Positions 53,141 to 61,829 of a DNA stretch of 64,000 bases are shown one piece after another (positions within the stretch are counted from its first letter, which is position 1; the number at the start of each line of letters is the position of its first letter). A program made the position numbers and the translations under genes. This DNA is from Amphiscolops sp. MND2022 (Eukaryota). The notes under the pieces were generated by a model. The model was not told the origin of the DNA and did no database searches. It saw only the letters and a program-made list of their open reading frames with translations. The stretch is taken from contig OZ076409.1 in NCBI GenBank assembly GCA_964187785.1, forward strand, positions 85,872,001 to 85,936,000. The letters run 5' to 3'.

Positions 53141-56100
53141 TTAGTATCTGAAGTCTTCTGAGTAGTTTGGGTTAGGGTTAGGCCTGAGATTATATTTCCC
53201 TCCTCTAGGGCTCAGACTTTCATTTCTAGCATCGTTTTCAGATATTTCGGGCACGATAATATCATCCCCCCTATTTGGAGAATTTTGTGCATCGCTTTCA
53301 TTCGATGGATTTCTTTCTGGAAAATTTTCATCGTCGTTTGGTCCATTTGCCATATCCGGCGAAGATTTTTCTTGGGTTTTTGGGGAGACGGCCGGATTCG
53401 GCCAATCAAATACTTCATTTCTAATAGCTTCAGTAGCTTCATTTCTTTTAGTGACGTCATCAATTAGTCGTTCATTCCGTCTATGCGACGCGCGGTCAGT
53501 GAGATTTGATTCGTCACTCGTGATTACATAATCAACTTCATTCTCGCTTGCGTCACTCGCATTCGTTTCCGCCGTACTCGGTTGTCCGTCATTCGTCAAG
53601 CTGGCCGGAATAGGCTCGCTGCCTCGTGTGTCTAGCTGTTCGCCAAAGTTTGTTTCCCACGTTATTACATACAAGTCGTCTTGCGGAATGATTATTTCGT
53701 CATCCGGCTGTAGACGCTGTTCTCGGAAATTGTCTTCAAGTGGCTGATTTGGAACAAACTTTTTGAGACGAATTCGATGCAATATCTGCGTTTTATTTGT
53801 ATTAAGCTTGCGGACAATGTAATTCTCATTAGGTAAGGTCTTCTGGACTATAAACGGTCCAACCCACCGATAATCCCTGAATGGAATTTTTGATCCTTGA
53901 TGATCCGCTTTCGGCTGTAATACAAAACAGTAATCGCCCTCTTTGAGTGGGGCGGCTTTTGCTTTTCGGTCGTAATACTCCTTATATTTGATATATGACT
54001 GCATGATGTTCTGCTTTGTTTTGTCAATAAGGAGTTTGGTCCGGTTCTGGATTTCTTCGGCAAATTCAGTAGTCGGATGGATTGGCTCATTTGGATTCAT
54101 TCCAAGTTTGTGATCCAATATGTTGTATGGGATTCTCCCATGGAACACTCTTGTGGGTTCGCATCCGATACTGGCATGATAACTAGTGTTATGATTGAGA
54201 ACTGCTAGAGGCAAATATTTATGCCATTGTCGGCGATATTCCCCACATGCCATTTTCAGGTTCGTTTTCAATGAGGCATGCGTTCGCTCTAATTTCCCGA
54301 TAGTTTGCGGGTGTTTCGCCGTTGCACATTTTAGGGTAATGCCTAAAATCTGTGTAATTTCCGCAATGATCGTGGAGGTAAAGGCAGTTCCTTTGTCCGT
54401 AATGAGCGTCGTCGGTAGGTAAGAATGTTTGGTCATAATATCAATGATTGCTTTAGCTACATTGATCGCTGATGCGTCCGTAAGAGGATAAGCAAACAAG
54501 TATCGAGAGAAGACATCAATTGCAGTTAAAACATTTTCGTATCCTCCACTTGGGGGAAGATTCGGCAATAAGTCGATTTGCATGGCGTCTTCGGGTCCAA
54601 GGTCCCATTCCGGCAAGTTAAGTAGTTCAGGCGTGATTGTTGCGTTTGGGACTCGTTTGTCCTTTGCACATTGTTCACACCCTTCTACCCACTTTTTGAC
54701 ATGTTTTGCCATGTTAGGGTAATAATACTTTTGTCTGATTTCCTGCAACATTTTTGAAATCCCGGGATGTTTATGCGCTGTCCCATGAAGGGAGTGGAGC
54801 ACTTCCCGAAGTAGGTGTTGCGGGAGCAAAATTTGATGGTATTTAACATTCCCCGTTTCATCAAAATATTGCCTTGTCAGGATTTCGTCCTTGAGTACGA
54901 TTCGCTCCAAATTATTTGCATAGTGTCTATATCGAGCATCTTGTTGCAGTATGTTTTCTGAATAGTCTTCATGAAGGAGTTTCGCCTTCAATTGTTGTAA
55001 TACTGTATCTTTGGATTGCTCAATGATGATCTGGTTCATTTTCCTCAATCGGACTTGTACATCGGGGTGTTGTTTGACCAGATTTGTTGACAAAGTTTGT
55101 ATAGTAACGGTGGGCTCATCAATTGCTGGGTTTTTCCTGATTGCTTCTTTCCTTGCCCAAGCCTGTTCCTCTGTCTCATCGTCGTCATTGGTGTAGAAGA
55201 TTTGTTCTTCTTGCGACACCCCTGCGGATTGGACATTGATTTCAATTGGTAAAGTTTGTACGTCCTCACGGATTTTCATGACTAATTTATCCTTCGGGTC
55301 TGCCTCCAATCGGGACAAATAGTCAGCTGCTGTATTCTGTGCCCCCGGGATGTGTGCTATGACAAAATTGAACTGAATCACATAATCACATGCATTCCAC
55401 AGGGCTGGGGGTATTATTTTCGTTTGGAAAAATCTCGTGACCGCTTTGTTGTCCGTAAGGATGATGACCGGTTTCGGCGCACCCCAGAATATATGTCCGA
55501 ATTCTTTGAATGCAAAGTAAATTGCAAGGAATTCTTTTGCATAAATTGACATCTTTATCTGGGCTGGGGTGAAAATTTTTGATCCGTATGCGACTGGTGC
55601 ATACGATTTTCTGAGTGACGTGAATTTCTGGTTCGGGTCATCTTCGATTAAGACCGCGTATCCTGCTGCACCAAAACTTGCATCAGTCATTAGTGCTATT
55701 TGTTTGTTCGGAATGGGTTGTTGTAATGCCAAGTCGCAACATTTGTCAAGTGCTTTGTTGATTTCCTCGAATTGTTGGACCAATTCTTTCGATACCAGGA
55801 CCTTTTCGTCGCTCTTTAGCATCTTGTAGAATGGGGCAAGGCGTTCTGAAAGTCTTGGGACATAATTTCTGTAGTAATTCAAGAATCCCAAGTAGCGCTG
55901 CAAAGCCTTTTTCGACTTTGGGAACTTGGTCTTTTCCAGAAAGTTTTGCACGTTTTGTTTCTGGGGTTTGACGCCTTGCGGGGTAATAGTCCGTCCGAGA
56001 AAATCAATTTCTTTGGCACCAAAGTGACATTTATGCATTGTCAATTTAAGGCCTGCTTCCTGAATGCATTTGAATGTAGCCCTCAGGTTAGCTATGAGGT

Positions 56101-58354
56101 GGTCAGCATCATTTGCTGCGATGCCTATATCGTCCACGTACTGGGCACACTGATCCGCTTTGATGACTTTGTCCAGGTATTCTCTCATAAAACTCGAGAA
56201 TGCGGATAGTGACCGGCTAAGGCCTTGTGCCAGACGTCTGTAGGCGAATGTGCGACTGGCAAAATTGAAAGCCAACATTTCAATTGAACGTTGGTCGGCC
56301 ATTGGTAGACAATGGTATGCCTGCGAACAGTCTAATTTACAGAAGAGTTTTTTGCCTGCCAAGTGTTGGGCAGCATCAACCAATGTGCTTACAGGGTGAT
56401 TATTGTTTATATAATCATCCGAGATGAGGTTGTTGATTTTCCTCAGGTCAACCAAAAGTCGTAGCTTTCCATTTGGTTTCTTTTGGGCGAATATTGGGCT
56501 GGCATACTTGGAGAACGGTAAAGTGGTGATGATGCCATATTTGTGTAACATGGCTAATTCAACTAGGATGTCCTCCTTCAAATTGATAGGAGCTGGAAGA
56601 CTTTGACTATAGGCTGGGGAATCGTCCTTAGGTGTCAGTTTCACCTTGAAGTCCTCGTTCATGCCTATATCGAATCGGTGTCGTGCAAAGATGTCGTGAA
56701 ATTCCACTAACAATTCCTCTATTTTCTCCTTCTCTTCAGGAGTAAGGGTGGAATCTTTCCAGTCAAAGTTTTCTAAGAATTTTGCACGTGATTCTTCGTC
56801 TTTTGTGGGGTCAAGAGTCTCTAGGTCTTGTAGGGCCTGTAATTCTTGAAGGATTCGTTTTTGTATGGGTGTGTGTTCCTCAGGATTTCCAGGGTTTTCT
56901 GGAGTTGGGAACCAGTAATTTTCAGTGTTTTGTGGATTTCTGTTTGTCTTGATCAGGCTACTGACGTAATGGGCTGCTTGTTCTTGGTCGTTTTGCAACA
57001 AATGCCAAGTTGATGCCGGGTCTACCGGTTTGACGTATTTCATTTGCTCTGGCGTCATGACAGAGAAATTGGCAATATGGAGTCCCTTTTTGAGTTTATA
57101 GGGGTGGTCTGTGAAATTATTCACAGGTATCGATATGTTGCCATCATTCAGAGTGACCAAAGCTGGGCAAAAGGTGATGTCGCCTTCTTCATGTAGAAGG
57201 TCGCTCGGTTGTAAAATCCCAGTGACGGCGTTTTCAGGATACAGTAGGGAATTGGTCCTAATTAGGACTCTGTCGTTTGGCGGAATGGTTATTTCAGTGG
57301 GGTTGAGAATTGGTTCTAGTACATTTGAATATTTATGATCAGCTGTTTTGAGCTGCATTGAAAAGAATGGGAAGTTTAGTATTCCTTGTCTCATGTCCAG
57401 AACTGTATGATTTCGTTGAAGGAACATTAGTCCAATGATCGGACCTGTCAGGTGTTCCATGACTATGAAAATCTCGTGAAACTCGATGTCACCAACTTCA
57501 AATTTGAGCTCTATGGTACTCTTGGGAGTTTCCAATTGCCCATTAGCGACCATTATTTGGAAATTCGGAGGCGGGCCCTCCCGGATAACTGATTGTGGTG
57601 AAAGGAGTCTAATTTTCCGGAGGTCCATTTCGGGGATTGCACTGGATAAAGCACCAGTGTCGATAAGTCCATCAATGGTCAATTCCCCAAAGTCCATGGG
57701 GAAATATAGCATGCGTTTCTTGCATTTCAAGTTTATGTTGGTTGACAGGGGTATACAGTCTGGTTCACCTTCTCTGGTAATGAGGATGTTTTGGAACTGA
57801 CTTTCGTCAAGTAGTGACTGTGGTATTGTTTCTTCTGGTTTGTCTGAGGTCTCGGTCCCTAAGGGGTTTGGGAACACCGGATGGCTTGTACCATCGTTCA
57901 TCTGCCATGTTTCAATCAATGCTCTGGTTTTCTTGTTGTGGGTGATTGGTGGGTTGTCATGGATTGATCTATTATAGAGTTCGATATCATCGATAACGTA
58001 TTGGAATTGTAACAAATCCTGGTTGTAAAGTTCGGTATCCCAATAGGGATCTCGTCCATAGTCAGGATCGATGTAGGTAGGGTTGTAGTTGTCTATCAAG
58101 GGAATGGGCCTGAATCGGCTATTGAAAGCGGATGTGTAATCAGGGTCCCATACGGGAATTGGTTTTTGGAACAAGTGGGTATTATTGTAAGTAATAATGG
58201 TAGCTTTTTCCATTTGTTGCTGCCAGACAACAGAAGGATAGCCCATCAATTGTTGATTGTATTGGTGGAAAATTTGCGTTGGAGGGTCCGATCTGATGTA
58301 TTGTCGGACAGATATTAGTTGGTTGTATTGGAGTCGTGGCGAAGTTAGTTTTTT
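53141..58354 (-). CDS. pol: Pol (protease, dUTPase-like insert, RT, RNase H, integrase), expressed by -1 frameshift
   Basis: LIDTGA, YVDD, LMTDAS, H..HPG..C..C, TDKG...KLER and WVGPF. The frame stays open upstream of 58249 to the slippery site. Confidence 0.96.
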   Translation of the reverse strand, partial: KKLTSPRLQYNQLISVRQYIRSDPPTQIFHQYNQQLMGYPSVVWQQQMEKATIITYNNTHLFQKPIPVWDPDYTSAFNSRFRPIPLIDNYNPTYIDPDYGRDPYWDTELYNQDLLQFQYVIDDIELYNRSIHDNPPITHNKKTRALIETWQMNDGTSHPVFPNPLGTETSDKPEETIPQSLLDESQFQNILITREGEPDCIPLSTNINLKCKKRMLYFPMDFGELTIDGLIDTGALSSAIPEMDLRKIRLLSPQSVIREGPPPNFQIMVANGQLETPKSTIELKFEVGDIEFHEIFIVMEHLTGPIIGLMFLQRNHTVLDMRQGILNFPFFSMQLKTADHKYSNVLEPILNPTEITIPPNDRVLIRTNSLLYPENAVTGILQPSDLLHEEGDITFCPALVTLNDGNISIPVNNFTDHPYKLKKGLHIANFSVMTPEQMKYVKPVDPASTWHLLQNDQEQAAHYVSSLIKTNRNPQNTENYWFPTPENPGNPEEHTPIQKRILQELQALQDLETLDPTKDEESRAKFLENFDWKDSTLTPEEKEKIEELLVEFHDIFARHRFDIGMNEDFKVKLTPKDDSPAYSQSLPAPINLKEDILVELAMLHKYGIITTLPFSKYASPIFAQKKPNGKLRLLVDLRKINNLISDDYINNNHPVSTLVDAAQHLAGKKLFCKLDCSQAYHCLPMADQRSIEMLAFNFASRTFAYRRLAQGLSRSLSAFSSFMREYLDKVIKADQCAQYVDDIGIAANDADHLIANLRATFKCIQEAGLKLTMHKCHFGAKEIDFLGRTITPQGVKPQKQNVQNFLEKTKFPKSKKALQRYLGFLNYYRNYVPRLSERLAPFYKMLKSDEKVLVSKELVQQFEEINKALDKCCDLALQQPIPNKQIALMTDASFGAAGYAVLIEDDPNQKFTSLRKSYAPVAYGSKIFTPAQIKMSIYAKEFLAIYFAFKEFGHIFWGAPKPVIILTDNKAVTRFFQTKIIPPALWNACDYVIQFNFVIAHIPGAQNTAADYLSRLEADPKDKLVMKIREDVQTLPIEINVQSAGVSQEEQIFYTNDDDETEEQAWARKEAIRKNPAIDEPTVTIQTLSTNLVKQHPDVQVRLRKMNQIIIEQSKDTVLQQLKAKLLHEDYSENILQQDARYRHYANNLERIVLKDEILTRQYFDETGNVKYHQILLPQHLLREVLHSLHGTAHKHPGISKMLQEIRQKYYYPNMAKHVKKWVEGCEQCAKDKRVPNATITPELLNLPEWDLGPEDAMQIDLLPNLPPSGGYENVLTAIDVFSRYLFAYPLTDASAINVAKAIIDIMTKHSYLPTTLITDKGTAFTSTIIAEITQILGITLKCATAKHPQTIGKLERTHASLKTNLKMACGEYRRQWHKYLPLAVLNHNTSYHASIGCEPTRVFHGRIPYNILDHKLGMNPNEPIHPTTEFAEEIQNRTKLLIDKTKQNIMQSYIKYKEYYDRKAKAAPLKEGDYCFVLQPKADHQGSKIPFRDYRWVGPFIVQKTLPNENYIVRKLNTNKTQILHRIRLKKFVPNQPLEDNFREQRLQPDDEIIIPQDDLYVITWETNFGEQLDTRGSEPIPASLTNDGQPSTAETNASDASENEVDYVITSDESNLTDRASHRRNERLIDDVTKRNEATEAIRNEVFDWPNPAVSPKTQEKSSPDMANGPNDDENFPERNPSNESDAQNSPNRGDDIIVPEISENDARNESLSPRGGKYNLRPNPNPNYSEDFRY

Positions 58355-60066
58355 GACTCATCATTGGAAGATGAGGTTTGTGAGTTGGAAGTTGTTGATT
58401 TGTTTTGTGGTTTCTGCGCCTTTGGATTGGGTTTACCGTCATTGGCGTCATCTGGTCTGGTGCGTTTGGGTTTGAGATGTGCACCAGCACCTTGCCAACA
58501 TCTTTCTTCCGGGTGGTTCTTTTTACCACAAGTGCCACACTCCGGGTACGTCTTTTTCTGAGTCTGTTTGCCTTGTTGGGCATCTTTTTCTTTTTTCTTC
58601 TTCAATTTCTCGCAATCTTTGACCATGTGGCCCTTTTCTTTGCAATAATTGCACGTTATATCACTCATCTGTACGTTGGAAGGAACAGTTTTTGTCTTGC
58701 CAATCGAAGATGTCATTGATGCTATGGGCAGGTCGTCAGACTCTTCAAGTGCATTCAGTTCCAGTTCTCGCTCTAGATGAGCGACAATTTCATCGTAAGA
58801 GCCATTCTCTAGTCTAGCCATGTTGACTGATCTTTTGAGCTTTGGTGGCAGTTTTGCGTATAGGAGACTGTCGATCATCTTTTGGGCATTGTCTCCAAAG
58901 GCTTTTTCTGCTCCTTGGTTAAGCTCTTCAAGGAAGTCTGGCAATTTGGTCGTGTTAGGGTCAAAGACTAGGCGATGCCATTTGTGTTTTGCCGTTGCCT
59001 GAGATTCAGGTTTGACGTACTTTCGTCTGAAAATGACAAGTACATCTTCAAGAGTTTGTCTATTGGCGTTGCTGATGTTTCTGAATGTTTGGAGTGCATT
59101 CTTTCGCAGCAAGGAATGGAAGTGATTGATTTTCATTTGTTCGGTCATCTCAGGCTGCATCTTGATCATCGTATGGAATAAATCCTCAAACAGCTCGAAC
59201 TTCTCACTTTTTCCGTCGAATGTCATTGTGTTGGAGTTGACTGGGCGGATAGTGAGTTGTTGGGCCGTTGGACGGTTCTGCATACTAGTCAAAACATCTG
59301 CTAGCCTGTTGATGGGGTCTTGTTCTGATGCCAGAGCGGGTCGTTCTTGTGCTGGGATCGTCGTGTCGAGCAGCGGAAGGTCATCACAGGATCTGTTGAG
59401 ATGAGTAGTGGATGGCATTCGTCCTGTGAGAAACTCAGGAGCTTCAATTGGAGATTCGTTTTCTCCTGTCACCATGTCGTAAGCACGAGTATCTGAGGAT
59501 GTGAATCCGTCCCTCTCACGATTACCTAGTGTCTTACTCTTCAAGTTGTTTCTAGAGTCTGAATTACGCAGAACTTCAGAATATCCTTCCGGTCTCTCAG
59601 ACGGAACGTTCCATCTCTCTCTGGTCATATGTCCGGAATCGGCCATAAGGGCATTTTGAATCTGGGGAAGAACTTGGTTACTAATTGCCTCACTTATAGC
59701 TCTTTGAATCTGCACACTGACGCTGTTCATCATCTCATCCATCTCCCGAGATATACGGGAATTCAACTCACTCGACAATCTGTTGATCTCGGCGTTAGAA
59801 CTTCCTCTAGCTGAGTTCTGGCCTAGTTCGGCATGTGGACTAGGTCCATTGTTCTCAGAGTTAGACAACCTATTTTCATCCTCATTTCCAAATTCGTCGC
59901 TAAAAGGACTACCAGGTCTTCTGGCCTGGTTGCTATTTAGACTCTCACTTCTTTCATTTCTATTATAATGATTTCCTCCAAGCATTATGTCTAAATTCTC
60001 AATATCTGACAACATTTCTGCCTCTCTTGATTTTCTCGCTTTCTTTTGTTTCCTTGTGGTAGGCAT
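58345..60066 (-). CDS. gag: Gag (573 aa) with two CCHC zinc knuckles, initiating inside the 5' LTR
   Basis: CNYCKEKGHMVKDC and CGTCGKKNHPEERC; capsid-like TFDGKSEKFELFEDLF. Confidence 0.95.
   Translation of the reverse strand: MPTTRKQKKARKSREAEMLSDIENLDIMLGGNHYNRNERSESLNSNQARRPGSPFSDEFGNEDENRLSNSENNGPSPHAELGQNSARGSSNAEINRLSSELNSRISREMDEMMNSVSVQIQRAISEAISNQVLPQIQNALMADSGHMTRERWNVPSERPEGYSEVLRNSDSRNNLKSKTLGNRERDGFTSSDTRAYDMVTGENESPIEAPEFLTGRMPSTTHLNRSCDDLPLLDTTIPAQERPALASEQDPINRLADVLTSMQNRPTAQQLTIRPVNSNTMTFDGKSEKFELFEDLFHTMIKMQPEMTEQMKINHFHSLLRKNALQTFRNISNANRQTLEDVLVIFRRKYVKPESQATAKHKWHRLVFDPNTTKLPDFLEELNQGAEKAFGDNAQKMIDSLLYAKLPPKLKRSVNMARLENGSYDEIVAHLERELELNALEESDDLPIASMTSSIGKTKTVPSNVQMSDITCNYCKEKGHMVKDCEKLKKKKEKDAQQGKQTQKKTYPECGTCGKKNHPEERCWQGAGAHLKPKRTRPDDANDGKPNPKAQKPQNKSTTSNSQTSSSNDESKN
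58348..58354 (-). promoter_or_regulatory. -1 ribosomal frameshift slippery heptamer A AAA AAC
   Basis: Lies directly before the gag TAA. The -1 frame has TGA stops just upstream and is open into pol downstream. Confidence 0.85.
59463..59474 (-). promoter_or_regulatory. Primer-binding site TGGTGACAGGAG (tRNA-Leu-like)
   Basis: Abuts the 5' LTR end; one mismatch to the commonly seen Leu PBS TGGTGTCAGGAG. Confidence 0.75.
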
Positions 60067-61320
60067 TGAAACTGAACCGGGTTGAATAATTCAATTATTA
60101 AAACCGGAAAACTGACAAACGTCGTTGTAATAAATCAATCTTTATCAAAGCAAGGTTATGGAAATTGTGTCTCCCTTTGCAGGAAAGTGACTATATATAC
60201 TCCTGAAAGATGACACTTGCATTCCACGGATTCTTTGATCAAGATAATATCATGTGGTTATGTCCTCAACAGGTCATGTGACAAATATCTCTACGGCATC
60301 GGGTATTAATACTTCAAAGCAACTATTTTAGGGTGATGTCCCGATTGGGAAAATTCCTAACATTTTACAATCACAACTATTCATTCATCAAAGGCGGCGT
60401 CAAAATATTTACTAGCGCATCAAATGAAATTTCCGTCCATCAAAGGAACTAGTACTCATCATGAATATAAATAACATTGCATACATTCCTTTCTGGCACG
60501 TGCCACCACGTGACCTAAATTAGCTTTGCAGCAGTGTGAAGCACCTCATGTTATTAGGCCCAATACGGCCAATTGACATGTTAATGGTTATATGCGTTGA
60601 TTAACCGATTAGCCCCAAATACATGTACTGCATCACTTTCCAAAGGAACGTAACAATTCCAATGGCCGGGAATAGCCGGCTAATTAATGGGCAAGTACTA
60701 ATGAAATATGGCCTTAAGGGCCTAGCAAAAGGTTGGGTATTAAAATGAAGCATCAGTTAAGAACAAAGATCTGGCTATTATGAAAACACAAACTCAACAA
60801 ACATGACTCGTTACATGTCAAATTATCACCTTATTTCAATCTTGAACTAATGGGACGGAACCGGCCATTTGACCAGTGTACCAAAAGAGAATATTAAAAG
60901 CGCGGCAACTGGCCTTACTCGGCCATTGATTAAATAGCATCAACAAACGAGATTGCATACTGCGATATGATTGGTTAAGGTAACGTGCTCAAGTGACGCT
61001 GCCGGTACATTGCCTTACGTCACTTGAACTCGTTTCCTATACTGCCTTACAGTCGCTCGTTTCATTGTATTTTCTATTGCTTTAAATTAGCGCCTTACAA
61101 TTCCATCAACTCGATTGAAATTTCCAATTGTTAGATTTAACAGACTAATTGTATATAAAATGAGCGTCATCAATGATCATAATACACAAAATAACAAAAT
61201 GGCGTGAAAGTTTGATATCAATTGTAAGTTCTTAATAAATAGGTAAGGTTCCGGGTACGTATTCTTGACCAGCTGCCGAAGTAGTTACTGTCGTACCGTC
61301 ACAGGCGGCAGCCTGCGACA
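59475..61320 (-). repeat. 5' LTR
   Basis: Direct repeat of 45013-46858; TATATATA at 60192-60199, about 125 nt upstream of the gag ATG. Confidence 0.97.
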
Positions 61321-61829
61321 CTTTTTTTTCTGAATCTTTCGGTTGTTTATCACTTTCAGTTATCAACAGAATTCAAGTTGCATCACTTGAGCTACATAAT
61401 TTTACTCTCGCAATCTTGTGTTGACTCTCTGACCTTGAATCTATTGTTCCGCTTGAACTAGTGATAACCTTCAGATATCTACATTGCACTTTCATGCATG
61501 TAAAGTACAGTTGTACACGAATGTGTGAGCGAAAGTGCTCCTTCACAAACAACTGACACAGCATTCTTTCATTGTAACCAGGTAATTCCATCCTAATTAC
61601 TTCTAGTCAACTGAGCCACATCAATTCTGCTGATCAACTACGGAGACTTTTAGTTTGCTAAATATAGGCTTGATCAGGGCTCTACATCTGACTAAGTTAC
61701 TCTTTCATCCTGAAATGCTTTTCTTCAAGCACGTACCTTGTGTGTAAAGAACTTCCGGAAGTAGTGGTTAATTGCGGCAAGACGAATTCATTTTTAGGAA
61801 GTGAACCGCGTTTAATTATCTTTTTCCAT

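Larger units (their letters stand above)
45013..61320 (-). mobile_element. Full-length young 16.3-kb Ty3/Gypsy LTR retrotransposon with accessory genes
   Basis: 1846-bp TG...CA LTRs (about 3 differences noticed); TSD CTTTT at 45008-45012 and 61321-61325; intact gag and pol. Confidence 0.97.

Noticed and set aside
58182..58583. ORF bridging gag and pol
   Set aside because: It is the +1 frame. Pol is reached directly in the -1 frame.
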